The notes beneath the pieces were generated by a model. That model was given only the letters and a program-made list of their open reading frames with translations. It ran no database searches and was not told the DNA's origin. This document shows positions 1 through 16,900 of a stretch of DNA of 64,000 bases, in pieces (position 1 is the stretch's first letter; each line of letters starts with the position of its first letter). The stretch covers positions 344,038,001 through 344,102,000 of the forward strand of contig OZ024740.1 in assembly GCA_964016885.1 (NCBI GenBank). Reading direction: 5' to 3'. Origin of the DNA: Eledone cirrhosa (taxonomy: Eukaryota). A program made the position numbers and the translations under genes.

Positions 1-154
1 TAGGGGGAAATACGATATTGCCTTAGGATAGGATTTGAACTTAAGTATGTGGCATTGTATTATTCCATTTATTTAACTTTCAAACGCAGTCTTTTCTGAT
101 CTGAACAAATATAATAAGAGAAAACATTTTAAAACTTACAAAATAAATATATGT

Positions 155-159
155 ACTGT

Positions 160-198
<39 letters not shown>

Positions 199-905
199 CG
201 CCACCACTATAACCACTACCAGCACCAGTACCAGCACCACCACCACCACCACCAACACCACTACAACCATTACTAGCACCAGCAGCAGCACCACCACCAC
301 TACAACCAGCCCCAGCACCACCACCACCACCTCTAACTCCACTACCACCATCACCACCACCACCACCACTACAACCACTACCAGCACCAGTACCAGCACC
401 AGCATCACCACCACCAACACCACTACAACCATTACTAGCACCAGCAGCAGCACCAGCAGCACCACCACCACCACTACAACCAGCCTCAGCACCACCACCT
501 CTACCTCCACCGCCACCACCACCACCACCACCACAACCACTACCAGCACCAGCACCAGCACCAGCAGCAGCACCACCACCACCACTACAACCATTACTAG
601 CACCAGCAGCAGCACCACCACCACTACAACCAGCCCCAGCACCACCACCACCACCACCTCTACCTCCACCACCACCACCACCACCACCTCTACCTCCACC
701 ACCACCACCACCACCACCTCTACCTCCACCACCACAACCGCCACCGCCACCACCACCACCACCACAACCACAACCGTTACCAGCACCAGCACCAGCAGCA
801 GCACCACCACCCCTACAACCAGCCCCAGCCCCAGCACCACTACCAGCACCAAAACCACCACCACCACCACCTCGACCACAAACCACTACCAGCACCATTA
901 TCATA
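155..905. repeat. (ACT)n followed by cryptic (ACC/AGC)n low-complexity tract with internal duplicated blocks
   Basis: Blocks such as CCACTACAACCATTACTAGCACCAGCAGCAGCACCACC recur at about 258, 420 and 582; the Gly- and Val-rich ORFs are repeat translations. Confidence 0.9.
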
Positions 906-1389
906 ATCACGTCATTTTCTTGTTGGCGATCTATATCTACATATTTCTGTGCACATATAAGCTAAACAAAACACTCTTTCAATGTTAAAGCAACAAACAA
1001 GAGAGAAGAATCAACAATTTATTCCCCCAAGGGTCAATAAACAAATACAGTCTTATGTATTTCTTTGTTTATCTATTCATCTTTATATTTATATATCAAT
1101 ATATGCATTCAAACGTCTGTATGATGATGATAATATCAACAACAAAAACAACAAGAATAATACCATCGGTCTCAACAGCAATAATAATAATAAAATGAAG
1201 AGAATAATATTTAAAGAGAATAACGAGAATAATAATAATAATAATTTTTTCTTTATTAGCCACAAGGACGTATGTGTACAATAACAGTGCTTCATACAAA
1301 TTGGTTACAAAACACACACACTTATACGCACACATACACACACACACATATATATAAATATATATATATATGTATAATAAAAGGGAGAT

Positions 1390-2450
1390 GATGAACAACC
1401 AGGGAATCGGGGGATATGAAAATATTGAGATAAGCCCTGAAACATTCCAAACTTCTTTTGTTAGTATAAATGAACGAAAACCTTTGTTTTTCCAAAAGTA
1501 ATCTTTATGAATATATTTTGACCAGGTCATTTCAACAAACAAATTTATTAATGAATTATACGTACTCTACTTGATACCATGCGATATATATTAACTTTGT
1601 AGAATCCTCTCTGCTGCATTTCCTCCAATTCAAGAGATCGGCACTATAAAATTCCACCAAAAATTTCTCCCATGGCTACGTACACAACGTCCCCATGTGT
1701 GACAACGTTTTTTTTTTTATTATTCCAGAGGCAATTAATTATAATAGTGTATTTTTCTTTAAAACTAGTCATATCCAGCTCAAATTCTCGTCAAACAATT
1801 CAGTATTTCTGTAAGGGTATCTGCTCTTATTTTGGGAAACAAGTGACTATTTAATCTTTCTGATAATATTTCTAATACTACCAACAGCTATGCTATTACT
1901 TTCAATTTCAATTTCTCAACGTTACTGGAAACTGTTGTTGCCAACCATTCTTTAATGGAGCCAGGACGCCTTTCTCTAGGTACTTATTAGAGGTCTCTCT
2001 CTCTTCTAAGAACGTCGATGAAAATTCTGTTATTGCCCTGAGTAACATATTTCACCTATGAAGCCAATACATAATTTGTGTGCCTATGAGCTACATGCAT
2101 ATTTCTTCTCTTCTCCTTGAAATTCCTACCAGACCACCTTATTACAATAAGATGTGTAGCAACTAACGCAGACATACATGTATACAATAAGGTGCATCTT
2201 GAAATTCGGTTAATTAAGATGTAATGAACAGATTTAAGACTGATGAAATGCATTCCTAATCAGAAGATGCACTCTTGGTTTGATGGTTTGATCCACACAA
2301 GTGACATACGAGGCAAGATATACGTCACTTGCTACGCTCGGAGACAAGAAAAAGCTTCAATAGGGACATGATGACCATATCTTATTTAACATCATCCGTA
2401 AATAATTATTTGATAGATGACGGAAACAGTTTTCATCACACGTTAGCAAC
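1390..2450 (-). mobile_element. possible very decayed LINE (L1/Tx1-like) RT 3' fragment
   Basis: Minus strand reads TDDVK near 2385-2400 (YADD-like), followed by short W/LG-containing patches (RWSGRNF) with many stops and frameshifts. Weak motif-level resemblance only. Confidence 0.3.
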
Positions 2451-3269
2451 ACACGTTCGCAACTACTACAAAAACAAGGACTCATAATAATTGATGATCA
2501 CTTTTCTTTACATCACATAACACTTCCAAAATATCAATCCAAATTCAACCAAGCATCCTCTTGAGGATCGATGTTAACACCTGATGACAGTATAAAACAC
2601 ATCCAACGAGATACAATCCTTTTCCTACCATTCTACTATATCTAACTATCCTCCACAGACCTTTCTCTAAATAATTTACACAGTCTCATAATCCGTTAGT
2701 TGCATTTACAAAATACCCTAATTCAACCACTCTTTTATATGTAGACGTTGATTTATTAGGTTCAAACTGAAAATTTACCGTATAAATATAACTAGTCGTG
2801 AATCTTTTTTAGATGACTTATAGAAAGATAGAAAATCCAAGATAGGGCTACACAGTTGATACCAAAATATGTAGATGTTCTCCGAACTATGGAATAGTAA
2901 AATGAGAAGAGCATCGGGCAAAACAACTTACGTTATTTACTAACATAACTATCGGTTCCTATCTTATATCCAACAAAGCACTTTTGATGAACTGTTTCCT
3001 CGCCCAGCAATATTTACACTCGCGAGAAATGTAGATATCGCAATATTGCGGTTCAAAGCCAGAGGCTCGTGACGATGGATATAGGAATGCACATAGAAAT
3101 ATACAGACACAAGCCCACACACATATGTAAATACACGCATTGTCGTAACTACTAAGGGTTACGCATGCATACATATAATCCAACGTACACGTGCACATGC
3201 ATGAAAACAACACATACACACGCACAAACATATAAATATACATATATATGCAAGTACATTTGTCACATA

Positions 3270-3830
<561 letters not shown>

Positions 3831-4079
3831 TATGGACATGAGTAACTCTATGCATTGTGTCTTCGGAAGTGTAGGTATTTGTGTGTGTGTGAGTATGCGT
3901 ATGTATGTACTTGTCTTCATAGACACTACTTGTATTCAGTGTTCAAAGAATATTTCTGTTTTCCCAAAGCTGTCAACAGTGATTCTTGTCTTTGGGTTAT
4001 GGCACTCGTTTCTTACAGAATCCTTTTCTAAGATATGTTTAACAAGTACACATAACTATGTTGTATTTCAACTTAAGGC

Positions 4080-4164
4080 AACAATAACAAAAACAACAAA
4101 TGTCCAATAGGAACAACCAGCAACAAGCAACAAAAACAACAATACTACTACTCCTAAAATTATC

Positions 4165-4215
<51 letters not shown>

Positions 4216-4800
4216 CATAATAATAACGTTTTTACTGTTGTTGCTGCTACTGCTTCTGCTGCTGCTACTACTTCTATTCCTACATTTGCTGTAGTAGTAG
4301 TTATAGCAGCAGAACACCAGCAAAGAATATAGCAACTATTTCATTGTCCTTATTCACAACCACAACTATAGCGTCCATCACAACGTCCATCGGCAGAACC
4401 TCAAACAACATTGACATTAGCCATTTCCCATCGTCACCGCAACCAATATCACTACCATCACTAGCAGCTCTACCAACGCCATTCCACTAACATCAACGCC
4501 AAGTTCATCAACACTAAACTTCCCCTAACCACCCCATCATCAATACTATCACTACCACCATCACCAACAACAACCTCTCTCTCAATGCCACCATCCTCAT
4601 ATGATCGTTAGTACCGCACCACCGCCACCACCACCACCACCACCACCACCACCACCACCACCACCAATATCAACACGACAAACACCAGCAACAGCAGCAG
4701 TAGCAGCAGCAGCACCACCACCATCACCACGACGACCACCGCAACACCCACCCCAACCACCACGACCACCTTCTCCAGTACAGGCCCCCGCCCCCATCAA
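4080..4800. repeat. (AAT)n, (CTG/CTA)n and (ACC)n simple repeats flanking the minisatellite
   Basis: (AAT)n at about 4165-4225 and (CCA)n at about 4615-4665. Confidence 0.9.
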
Positions 4801-4949
4801 ACACTGGTCCTACTATCAACACGACAAGCAGCAGTAACAAGAGCATCATATTTTTCAGTTCCAATAGAATCGCCATGGTGAAATTGATAATGGTGGTGAT
4901 GATGATGATGATGATGATGATCATCATCATCATCACCACAACCAACACA

Positions 4950-7900
4950 GGCAATACCACCAACACCACAACAGTCAATACCACCAACACCACCACAGTC
5001 AATACCACCAACACCACCACAGTCAATACCACCAACACCACCACAGTCAATACCACCAACACCACCACAGTCAATACCACCAACACCACCACAGTCAATA
5101 CCACCAACACCACCACAGTCCATACCACCAACACCACCACAGACAATACCACCAACACCACCACAGACAATACCACCAACACCACCACAGTCTATACCAC
5201 CAACACTACCACAGACAATACCACCAACACCACCACAGTCAATACCACCAACACCACCACAGTCAATACCACCGACACCACCACAGACAATACCACCAAC
5301 ACCACCACAGTCAATACCACCAACACTACCACAGTCAATACCAACAACACCACCACAGACAATACCACCAACACCACCACAGTCAATACCACCAACACCA
5401 CCACAGTTAATACCACCAACACCACCACAGTCAATACCACCCACACCACCACAGACAATACCACCAACACCACCACAGACAATACCACCAACACCACCAC
5501 AGACAATACCACCAACACCACCACAGTCAATACAACCAACACCACCACAGTCAATACCACCAACACCACCACAGTCAATACCACCAACACCACCACAGTC
5601 AATACCACCAACACCACCACAGTCAATACCACCAACACCACCACAGACAATACCACCAACACCACCACAGTCAATACCACCAACACCACCACAGTCAATA
5701 CCACCAACACCACCACAGACAATACCACCAACACCACCACAGTCAATACCACCAACACCACCACAGTCAATACCACCAACACCACCACAGTCAATACCAC
5801 CAACACCACCAAAGTCAATACCACCAACACCACCACAGACAATACCACCAACACCACCACAGTCAATACCACCAACACCACCACAGTCAATACCACCAAC
5901 ACCACCACAGTCAATACCACCAACACTACCACAGTCAATACCACCAACACCACCACAGTCAATACCACCAACACCACCACAGTCAATACCAGCAACACCA
6001 CCACAGTCAATACCACCAACACCACCAAAGTCAATACCACCAACACCACCACAGTCAATACCAGCAACACCACCACAGTCAATACCAGCAACACCACCAC
6101 AGTCAATAACACCAACACCACCACAGTGAATACCACCAACACTACCACAGTCAATACCACCAACACCACCACAGTCAATACCACCAACACCACCACAGTC
6201 AATACCAGCAACACCACCACAGACAATACCACCAACACCACCACAGTCAATACCACCAACACCACCACAGTCAATACCACCAACACCACCACAGTCAATA
6301 CCACCAACACCACCACAGTCAATTCCACCAACACCACCACAGTCAATACCACCAACACCACCACAGTCAATACCACCAACACTACCACAGTCAATACCAC
6401 CAACACCACCACAGTCAATACCAGCAACACCACCACAGACAATACCACCAACACCACCACAGACAATACCACCAACACCACCACAGTCAATACCACCAAC
6501 ACCACCACAGTCAATACCACCAACACCACCACAGTCAATACCACCAACACCACCACAGTCAATACCACCAACACCACCACAGTCAATACCACCAACACCA
6601 CCACAGTCAATACCACCAACACTACCACAGTCAATACCACCAACACCACCACAGTCAATACCACCAACACCACCACAGTCAATACCACCAACACCACCAC
6701 AGTCAATACCACCAACACTACCACAGTCAATACCACCAACACCACCACAGTCAATACCACCAACACCACCACAGTCAATACCACCAACACCACCACAGTC
6801 AATACCACCAACACCACCACAGTCAATACCACCAACACCACCACAGTCAATACCACCAACACCACCACAGTCAATACCACCAACACCACCACAGTCAATA
6901 CCACCAACACCACCACAGTCAATAGCACCAACACCACCACAGTCAATACAACCAACACCACCACAGTCAATACCACCAACACCACCACAGTCAATACCAC
7001 CAACACCACCACAGTCAATACCACCAACACCACCACAGTCAATACCACCAACACCACCACAGTCAATACCACCAACACCACCACAGTCAATACCACCAAC
7101 ACCACCACAGTCAATACAACCAACACCACCACAGTCAAAACCACCAACACCACTACAGTCAATAGCACCAACACTACCACAGTCAATACCACCAATACCA
7201 CTACAGTCAATACCACCAACACCACCACAGTCAATACCACCAACACTACCACAGTCAATACCACCAACACCACCACAGTCAATACCACCAACACCACCAC
7301 AGTCAATACCACCAACACCACCACAGACAATACCACCAACACCACCACAGACAATACCACCAACACCACAACAGACGATACCACCAACACCACCACAGTC
7401 TATACCACCAACACTACCACAGACAATACCACCAACACCACCACAGACAATACCACCAACACCACCACAGTCAATACCACCAACACCACCACAGTCAATA
7501 CTACCAACACCACCACAGTCAATACCACCAACACCACCACAGTCAATACCACCAACACCACCACAGTCAATACCACCAACACCACCACAGACAATACCAC
7601 CAACACCACCACAGACAATACCACCAACACCACCACAGTCAATACCACCAACACCACCACAGTCAATACCACCAACACCACCACAGTCAATACCACCAAC
7701 ACCACCACAGTCAATACCACCAACACCACCACAGACAATACCACCAACACCACAACAGACAATACCACCAACACCACCACAGTCAATACCACCAACACCA
7801 CCACAGTCAATACCACCAACACCACCACAGTCAATACTACCAACACCACCACAGTCAATACCACCAACACCACCACAGTCAATACCACCAACACCACCAC

Positions 7901-10900
7901 AGTCAATACCACCAACACCACCACAGACAATACCACCAACACCACCACAGACAATACCACCAACACAACAACAGACAATACCAACAACACCACCACAGTC
8001 TATACCACCAACACTACCACAGACAATACCACCAACACCACCACAGACAATACCACCAACACCACCACAGCCAATACCACCAACACCACCACAGTCAATA
8101 CCACCAACACCACCACAGACAATACCACCAACACCACCACAGACAATACCACCAACACCACCACAGACAATACCACCAACACCACCACAGTCAATACCAC
8201 CAACACCACCACAGACAATACCACCAACACCACCACAGACAATACCACCAACACCACCACAGACAATACCACCAACACCACCACAGTCAATACCACCAAC
8301 ACCACCACAGTCAATACCACCAACACCACCACAGTCAATACCACCAACACCACCACAGTCAATACCACCAACACCACCACAGACAATACCACCAACACCA
8401 CCACAGACAATACCACCAACACCACCACAGTCAATACCACCAACACCACAACAGACAATACCACCAACACCACCACAGTCAATACCACCAACACCATCAC
8501 AGTCAATACCACCAACACCACCACAGTCAATACTACCAACACCACCACAGTCAATACCACCAACACCACCACAGACAATACCACCAACACCACAACAGAC
8601 AATACCACCAACACCACCACAGTCAATACCACCAACACCACCACAGTCAATACCACCAACACCACCACAGTCAATACTACCAACACCACCACAGTCAATA
8701 CCACCAACACCACCACAGTCAATACCACCAACACCACCACAGTCAATACCACCAACACCACCACAGACAATACCACCAACACCACCACAGACAATACCAC
8801 CAACACCACAACAGACAATACCACCAACACCACCACAGTCTATACCACCAACACTACCACAGACAATACCACCAACACCACCACAGACAATACCACCAAC
8901 ACCACCACAGTCAATACCACCAACACCACCACAGTCAATACCACCAACACCACCACAGACAATACCACCAACACCACCACAGACAATACCACCAACACCA
9001 CCACAGCAATATCACCAACACCACCACAGTCAATACCACCAACACCACCACAGTCAATACCACCAACACCACCACAGACAATACCACCAACACCACCACA
9101 GACAATACCACCAACACCACCACAGACAATACCACCAACACCACCACAGACAATACCACCAACACCACCACAGACAATACCACCAACACCACCACAGACA
9201 ATACCACCAACACCACCACAGACAATACCACCAACACCACCACAGTCAATACCACCAACACCACCACAGTCAATACCACCAACACCACCACAGACAATAC
9301 CACCAACACCACCACAGACAATACCACCAACACCACCACAGTCAATACCACCAACACCACCACAGTCAATACCACCAACACCACCACAGTCAATACCACC
9401 AACACCACCACAGACAATACCACCAACACCACCACAGTCAATACCACCAAAACCACCACAGTCAATACCACCAACACCACCACAGACAATACCACCAACA
9501 CCACCACAGACAATACCACCAACACCACCACAGACAATACCACCAACACCACCACAGACAATACCACCAACACCACCACAGTCAATACCACCAACACCAC
9601 CACAGACAATACCACCAACACCACCACAGTCAATACCACCAACACCACCACAGACAATACCACCAACACCACCACAAACAATACCACCAACACCACCACA
9701 GTCAATACCACCAACACCACCACAGTCAATACCACCAACACCACCACAGTCAATACCATCAACACCACCACAGACAATACCACCAACACCACCACAGTCA
9801 ATACCACCAACACCACCACAGACAATACCACCAACACCACCACAAACAATACCACCAACACCACCACAGTCAATACCACCAACACCACCACAGTCAATAC
9901 CACCAACACCACCACAGTCAATACCACCAACACCACCACAGTCAATACCACCAACACCACCACAGACAATACCACCAACACCACCACAGACAATACCACC
10001 AACACCACCACAGACAATACCACCAACACCACCACAGTCAATACCACCAACACCACCACAGTCAATACCACCAACACCACCACAGTCAATACCACCAACA
10101 CCACCACAGACAATACCACCAACACCACCACAGTCAATACCACCAACACCACCACAGTCAATACAACCAACACCACCACAGTCAATACCACCAACACCAC
10201 CACAGTCAATACCACCAACAACACCACAGTCAATACCACCAACACCACCACAGACAATACCACCAACACCACCACAGACAATACCACCAACACCACCACA
10301 GACAATACCACCAACACCACCACAGACAATACCACCAACACCACCACAGTCAATACCACCAACACCACCACAGACAATACCACCAACACCACCACAGTCA
10401 ATACCACCAACACCACCACAGACAATACCACCAACACCACCACAGTCAATACCACCAACACCACCACAGTCAATACCACCAACACCACCACAGTCAATAC
10501 CACCAACACCACCACAGACAATACCACCAACACCACCACAGACAATACCACCAACACCACCACAGACAATACCACCAACACCACCACAGTCAATACCACC
10601 AACACCACCACAGACAATACCACCAACACCACCACAGTCAATACCACCAACACCACCACAGACAATACCACCAACACCACCACAGTCAATACCACCAACA
10701 CCACCACAGTCAATACCACCAACACCACCACAGTCAATACTACCAACACCACCACAGTCAATACCACCAACACCACCACAGTCAATACCACCAACACCAC
10801 CACAGTCAATACCACCAACACCACCACAGACAATACCACCAACACCACAACAGACAATACCACCAACACCACCACAGTCAATACCACCAACACCACCACA

Positions 10901-13900
10901 GTCAATACCACCAACACCACCACAGTCAATACTACCAACACCACCACAGTCAATACCACCAACACCACCACAGTCAATACCACCAACACCACCACAGTCA
11001 ATACCACCAACACCACCACAGACAATACCACCAACACCACCACAGACAATACCACCAACACCACAACAGACAATACCAACAACACCACCACAGTCTATAC
11101 CACCAACACTACCACAGACAATACCACCAACACCACCACAGACAATACCACCAACACCACCACAGCCAATACCACCAACACCACCACAGTCAATACCACC
11201 AACACCACCACAGACAATACCACCAACACCACCACAGACAATACCACCAACACCACCACAGACAATACCACCAACACCACCACAGTCAATACCACCAACA
11301 CCACCACAGACAATACCACCAACACCACCACAGACAATACCACCAACACCACCACAGACAATACCACCAACACCACCACAGTCAATACCACCAACACCAC
11401 CACAGTCAATACCACCAACACCACCACAGTCAATACCACCAACACCACCACAGTCAATACCACCAACACCACCACAGACAATACCACCAACACCACCACA
11501 GACAATACCACCAACACCACCACAGTCAATACCACCAACACCACAACAGACAATACCACCAACACCACCACAGTCAATACCACCAACACCATCACAGTCA
11601 ATACCACCAACACCACCACAGTCAATACTACCAACACCACCACAGTCAATACCACCAACACCACCACAGTCAATACCACCAACACCACCACAGTCAATAC
11701 CACCAACACCACCACAGACAATACCACCAACACCACAACAGACAATACCACCAACACCACCACAGTCAATACCACCAACACCACCACAGTCAATACCACC
11801 AACACCACCACAGTCAATACTACCAACACCACCACAGTCAATACCACCAACACCACCACAGTCAATACCACCAACACCACCACAGTCAATACCACCAACA
11901 CCACCACAGACAATACCACCAACACCACCACAGACAATACCACCAACACCACAACAGACAATACCACCAACACCACCACAGTCTATACCACCAACACTAC
12001 CACAGACAATACCACCAACACCACCACAGACAATACCACCAACACCACCACAGTCAATACCACCAACACCACCACAGTCAATACCACCAACACCACCACA
12101 GACAATACCACCAACACCACCACAGACAATACCACCAACACCACCACAGCAATATCACCAACACCACCACAGTCAATACCACCAACACCACCACAGTCAA
12201 TACCACCAACACCACCACAGACAATACCACCAACACCACCACAGACAATACCACCAACACCACCACAGACAATACCACCAACACCACCACAGACAATACC
12301 ACCAACACCACCACAGACAATACCACCAACACCACCACAAACAATACCACCAACACCACCACAGACAATACCACCAACACCACCACAGTCAATACCACCA
12401 ACACCACCACAGTCAATACCACCAACACCACCACAGACAATACCACCAACACCACCACAGACAATACCACCAACACCACCACAGTCAATACCACCAACAC
12501 CACCACAGTCAATACCACCAACACCACCACAGTCAATACCACCAACACCACCACAGACAATACCACCAACACCACCACAGTCAATACCACCAAAACCACC
12601 ACAGTCAATACCACCAACACCACCACAGACAATACCACCAACACCACCACAGACAATACCACCAACACCACCACAGACAATACCACCAACACCACCACAG
12701 ACAATACCACCAACACCACCACAGTCAATACCACCAACACCACCACAGACAATACCACCAACACCACCACAGTCAATACCACCAACACCACCACAGACAA
12801 TACCACCAACACCACCACAAACAATACCACCAACACCACCACAGTCAATACCACCAACACCACCACAGTCAATACCACCAACACCACCACAGTCAATACC
12901 ATCAACACCACCACAGACAATACCACCAACACCACCACAGTCAATACCACCAACACCACCACAGACAATACCACCAACACCACCACAAACAATACCACCA
13001 ACACCACCACAGTCAATACCACCAACACCACCACAGTCAATACCACCAACACCACCACAGTCAATACCACCAACACCACCACAGTCAATACCACCAACAC
13101 CACCACAGACAATACCACCAACACCACCACAGACAATACCACCAACACCACCACAGACAATACCACCAACACCACCACAGTCAATACCACCAACACCACC
13201 ACAGTCAATACCACCAACACCACCACAGTCAATACCACCAACACCACCACAGACAATACCACCAACACCACCACAGTCAATACCACCAACACCACCACAG
13301 TCAATACAACCAACACCACCACAGTCAATACCACCAACACCACCACAGTCAATACCACCAACAACACCACAGTCAATACCACCAACACCACCACAGACAA
13401 TACCACCAACACCACCACAGACAATACCACCAACACCACCACAGACAATACCACCAACACCACCACAGACAATACCACCAACACCACCACAGTCAATACC
13501 ACCAACACCACCACAGACAATACCACCAACACCACCACAGTCAATACCACCAACACCACCACAGACAATACCACCAACACCACCACAGTCAATACCACCA
13601 ACACCACCACAGTCAATACCACCAACACCACCACAGTCAATACCACCAACACCACCACAGACAATACCACCAACACCACCACAGTCAATACCACCAACAC
13701 CACCACAGTCAATACCACCAACACCACCACCGTCAATACCACCAACACCACCACAGACAATACCACCAACACCACCACAGACAATACCACCAACACCACC
13801 ACAGTCAATACCACCAACACCACCACAGTCAATACCACCAACACCACCACAGTCAATACCACCAACACCACCACAGTCAATACCACCAACACCACCACAG

Positions 13901-16900
13901 ACAATACCACCAACACCACCACAGTCAATACCACCAACACCACCACAGTCATTACCACCAACACCACCACAATCAATACACCCAACACCACCACAGACAA
14001 TACCACCAACACCACCACAGTCAATACCACCAACACCACCACAGTCAATACCACCAACACCACCACAGTCAATACCACCAACACCACCACAGTCAATACC
14101 ACCAACACCACCACAGACAATACCACCAACACCACCACAGTCAATACCACCAACACCACCACAGTCATTACCACCAACACCACCACAATCAATACACCCA
14201 ACACCACCACAGTCAATACCACCAACACCACCACAGTCAATACCACCAACACCACCACAGACAATACCACCAACACCACCACAGTCAATACCACCAACAC
14301 CACCACAGTCATTACCACCAACACCACCACAATCAATACACCCAACACCACCACAGTCAATACCACCAACACTACCACAGTCAATACCACCAACACCACC
14401 ACAGTCATTACCACCAACACCACCACAATCAATACACCCAACACCACCACAGTCAATACCACCAACACCACCACAGTCAATACCACCAACACCACCACAG
14501 ACAATACCACCAACACCACCACCGTCAATACCACCAACACCACCACAGACAATACCACCAACACCACCACAGACAATACCACCAACACCACCACAGTCAA
14601 TACCACCAACACCACCACAGTCAATACCACCAACACCACCACAGTCAATACCACCAACACCACCACAGTCAATACCACCAACACCACCACAGTCAATACC
14701 ACCAACACCACCACAGTCAATACCACCAACACCACCACAGACAATACCACCAACACCACCACAGTCAATACCACCAACACCACCACAGTCAATACCATCA
14801 ACACCACCACAGTCAATACCACCAACACCACCACAGTCAATACCACCAACACCATCACAGTCAATACCACCAACACCACCACAGTCAATACCACCAACAC
14901 CACCACAGTCAATACCACCAACACCACCACAGTCAATACCACCAACACCACCACAGACAATACCACCAACACCACCACAGTCAATACCACCAACACCACC
15001 ACAGTCAATACCATCAACACCACCACAGACAATACCACCAACACCACCATAGTCAATACCACCAACACCACCACAGACAATACCACCAACACCACCACAA
15101 ACAATACCACCAACACCACCACAGTCAATACCACCAACACCACCACAGTCAATACCACCAACACCACCACAGTCAATACCACCAACACCACCACAGACAA
15201 TACCACCAACACCACCACAGACAATACCACCAACACCACCACAGTCAATACCACCAACACCACCACAGACAATACCACCAACACCACCACAGTCAATACC
15301 ACCAACACCACCACAGTCAATACCACCAACACCACCACAGTCAATACCACCAACACCACCACAGTCAATACCACCAACACCACCACAGTCAATACCACCA
15401 ACACCACCACAGTCAATACCACCAACAACACCACAGTCAATACCACCAACACCACCACAGTCAATACCACCAACAACACCACAGTCAATACCACCAACAC
15501 CACCACAGACAATACCACCAACACCACCACAGACAATACCACCAACACCACCACAGACAATACCACCAACACCACCACAGACAATACCACCAACACCACC
15601 ACAGTCAATACCACCAACACCACCACAGACAATACCACCAACACCACCACAGTCAATACCACCAACACCACCACAGTCAATACCACCAACACCACCACAG
15701 TCAATACCACCAACACCACCACAGTCAATACCACCAACACCACCACAGTCAATACCACCAACACCACCACAGACAATACCACCAACACCACCACAGACAA
15801 TACCACCAACACCACCACAGTCAATACCACCAACACCACCACCGTCAATACCACCAACACCACCACAGACAATACCACCAACACCACCACAGACAATACC
15901 ACCAACACCACCACAGTCAATACCACCAACACCACCACAGTCAATACCACCAACACCACCACAGTCAATACCACCAACACCACCACAGTCAATACCACCA
16001 ACACCACCACAGACAATACCACCAACACCACCACAGTCAATACCACCAACACCACCACAGTCATTACCACCAACACCACCACAATCAATACACCCAACAC
16101 CACCACAGACAATACCACCAACACCACCACAGTCAATACCACCAACACCACCACAGTCAATACCACCAACACCACCACAGTCAATACCACCAACACCACC
16201 ACAGTCAATACCACCAACACCACCACAGACAATACCACCAACACCACCACAGTCAATACCACCAACACCACCACAGTCATTACCACCAACACCACCACAA
16301 TCAATACACCCAACACCACCACAGTCAATACCACCAACACCACCACAGTCAATACCACCAACACCACCACAGACAATACCACCAACACCACCACAGTCAA
16401 TACCACCAACACCACCACAGTCATTACCACCAACACCACCACAATCAATACACCCAACACCACCACAGTCAATACCACCAACACTACCACAGTCAATACC
16501 ACCAACACCACCACAGTCATTACCACCAACACCACCACAATCAATACACCCAACACCACCACAGTCAATACCACCAACACCACCACAGTCAATACCACCA
16601 ACACCACCACAGTCAATACCACCAACACCACCACAGACAATACCACCAACACTACCACAGTCTATACCACCAACACCACCACAGACAATACCACCAACGC
16701 CACCACAGTCAATACCACCAACACCACCACAGTCAATACCACCAACACCACCACAGTCAATACCACCAACACCACCACAGTCAATACCACCAACACCACC
16801 ACAGACAATACCACCAACACCACCACCGTCAATACCACCAACACCACTACAGACAATACCACCAACACCACCACAGACAATACCACCAACACCACCACAG

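Noticed and set aside
80-910. Gly-rich structural protein ORF
   Set aside because: Simple-repeat translation that is open in more than one frame, with no supporting gene structure.
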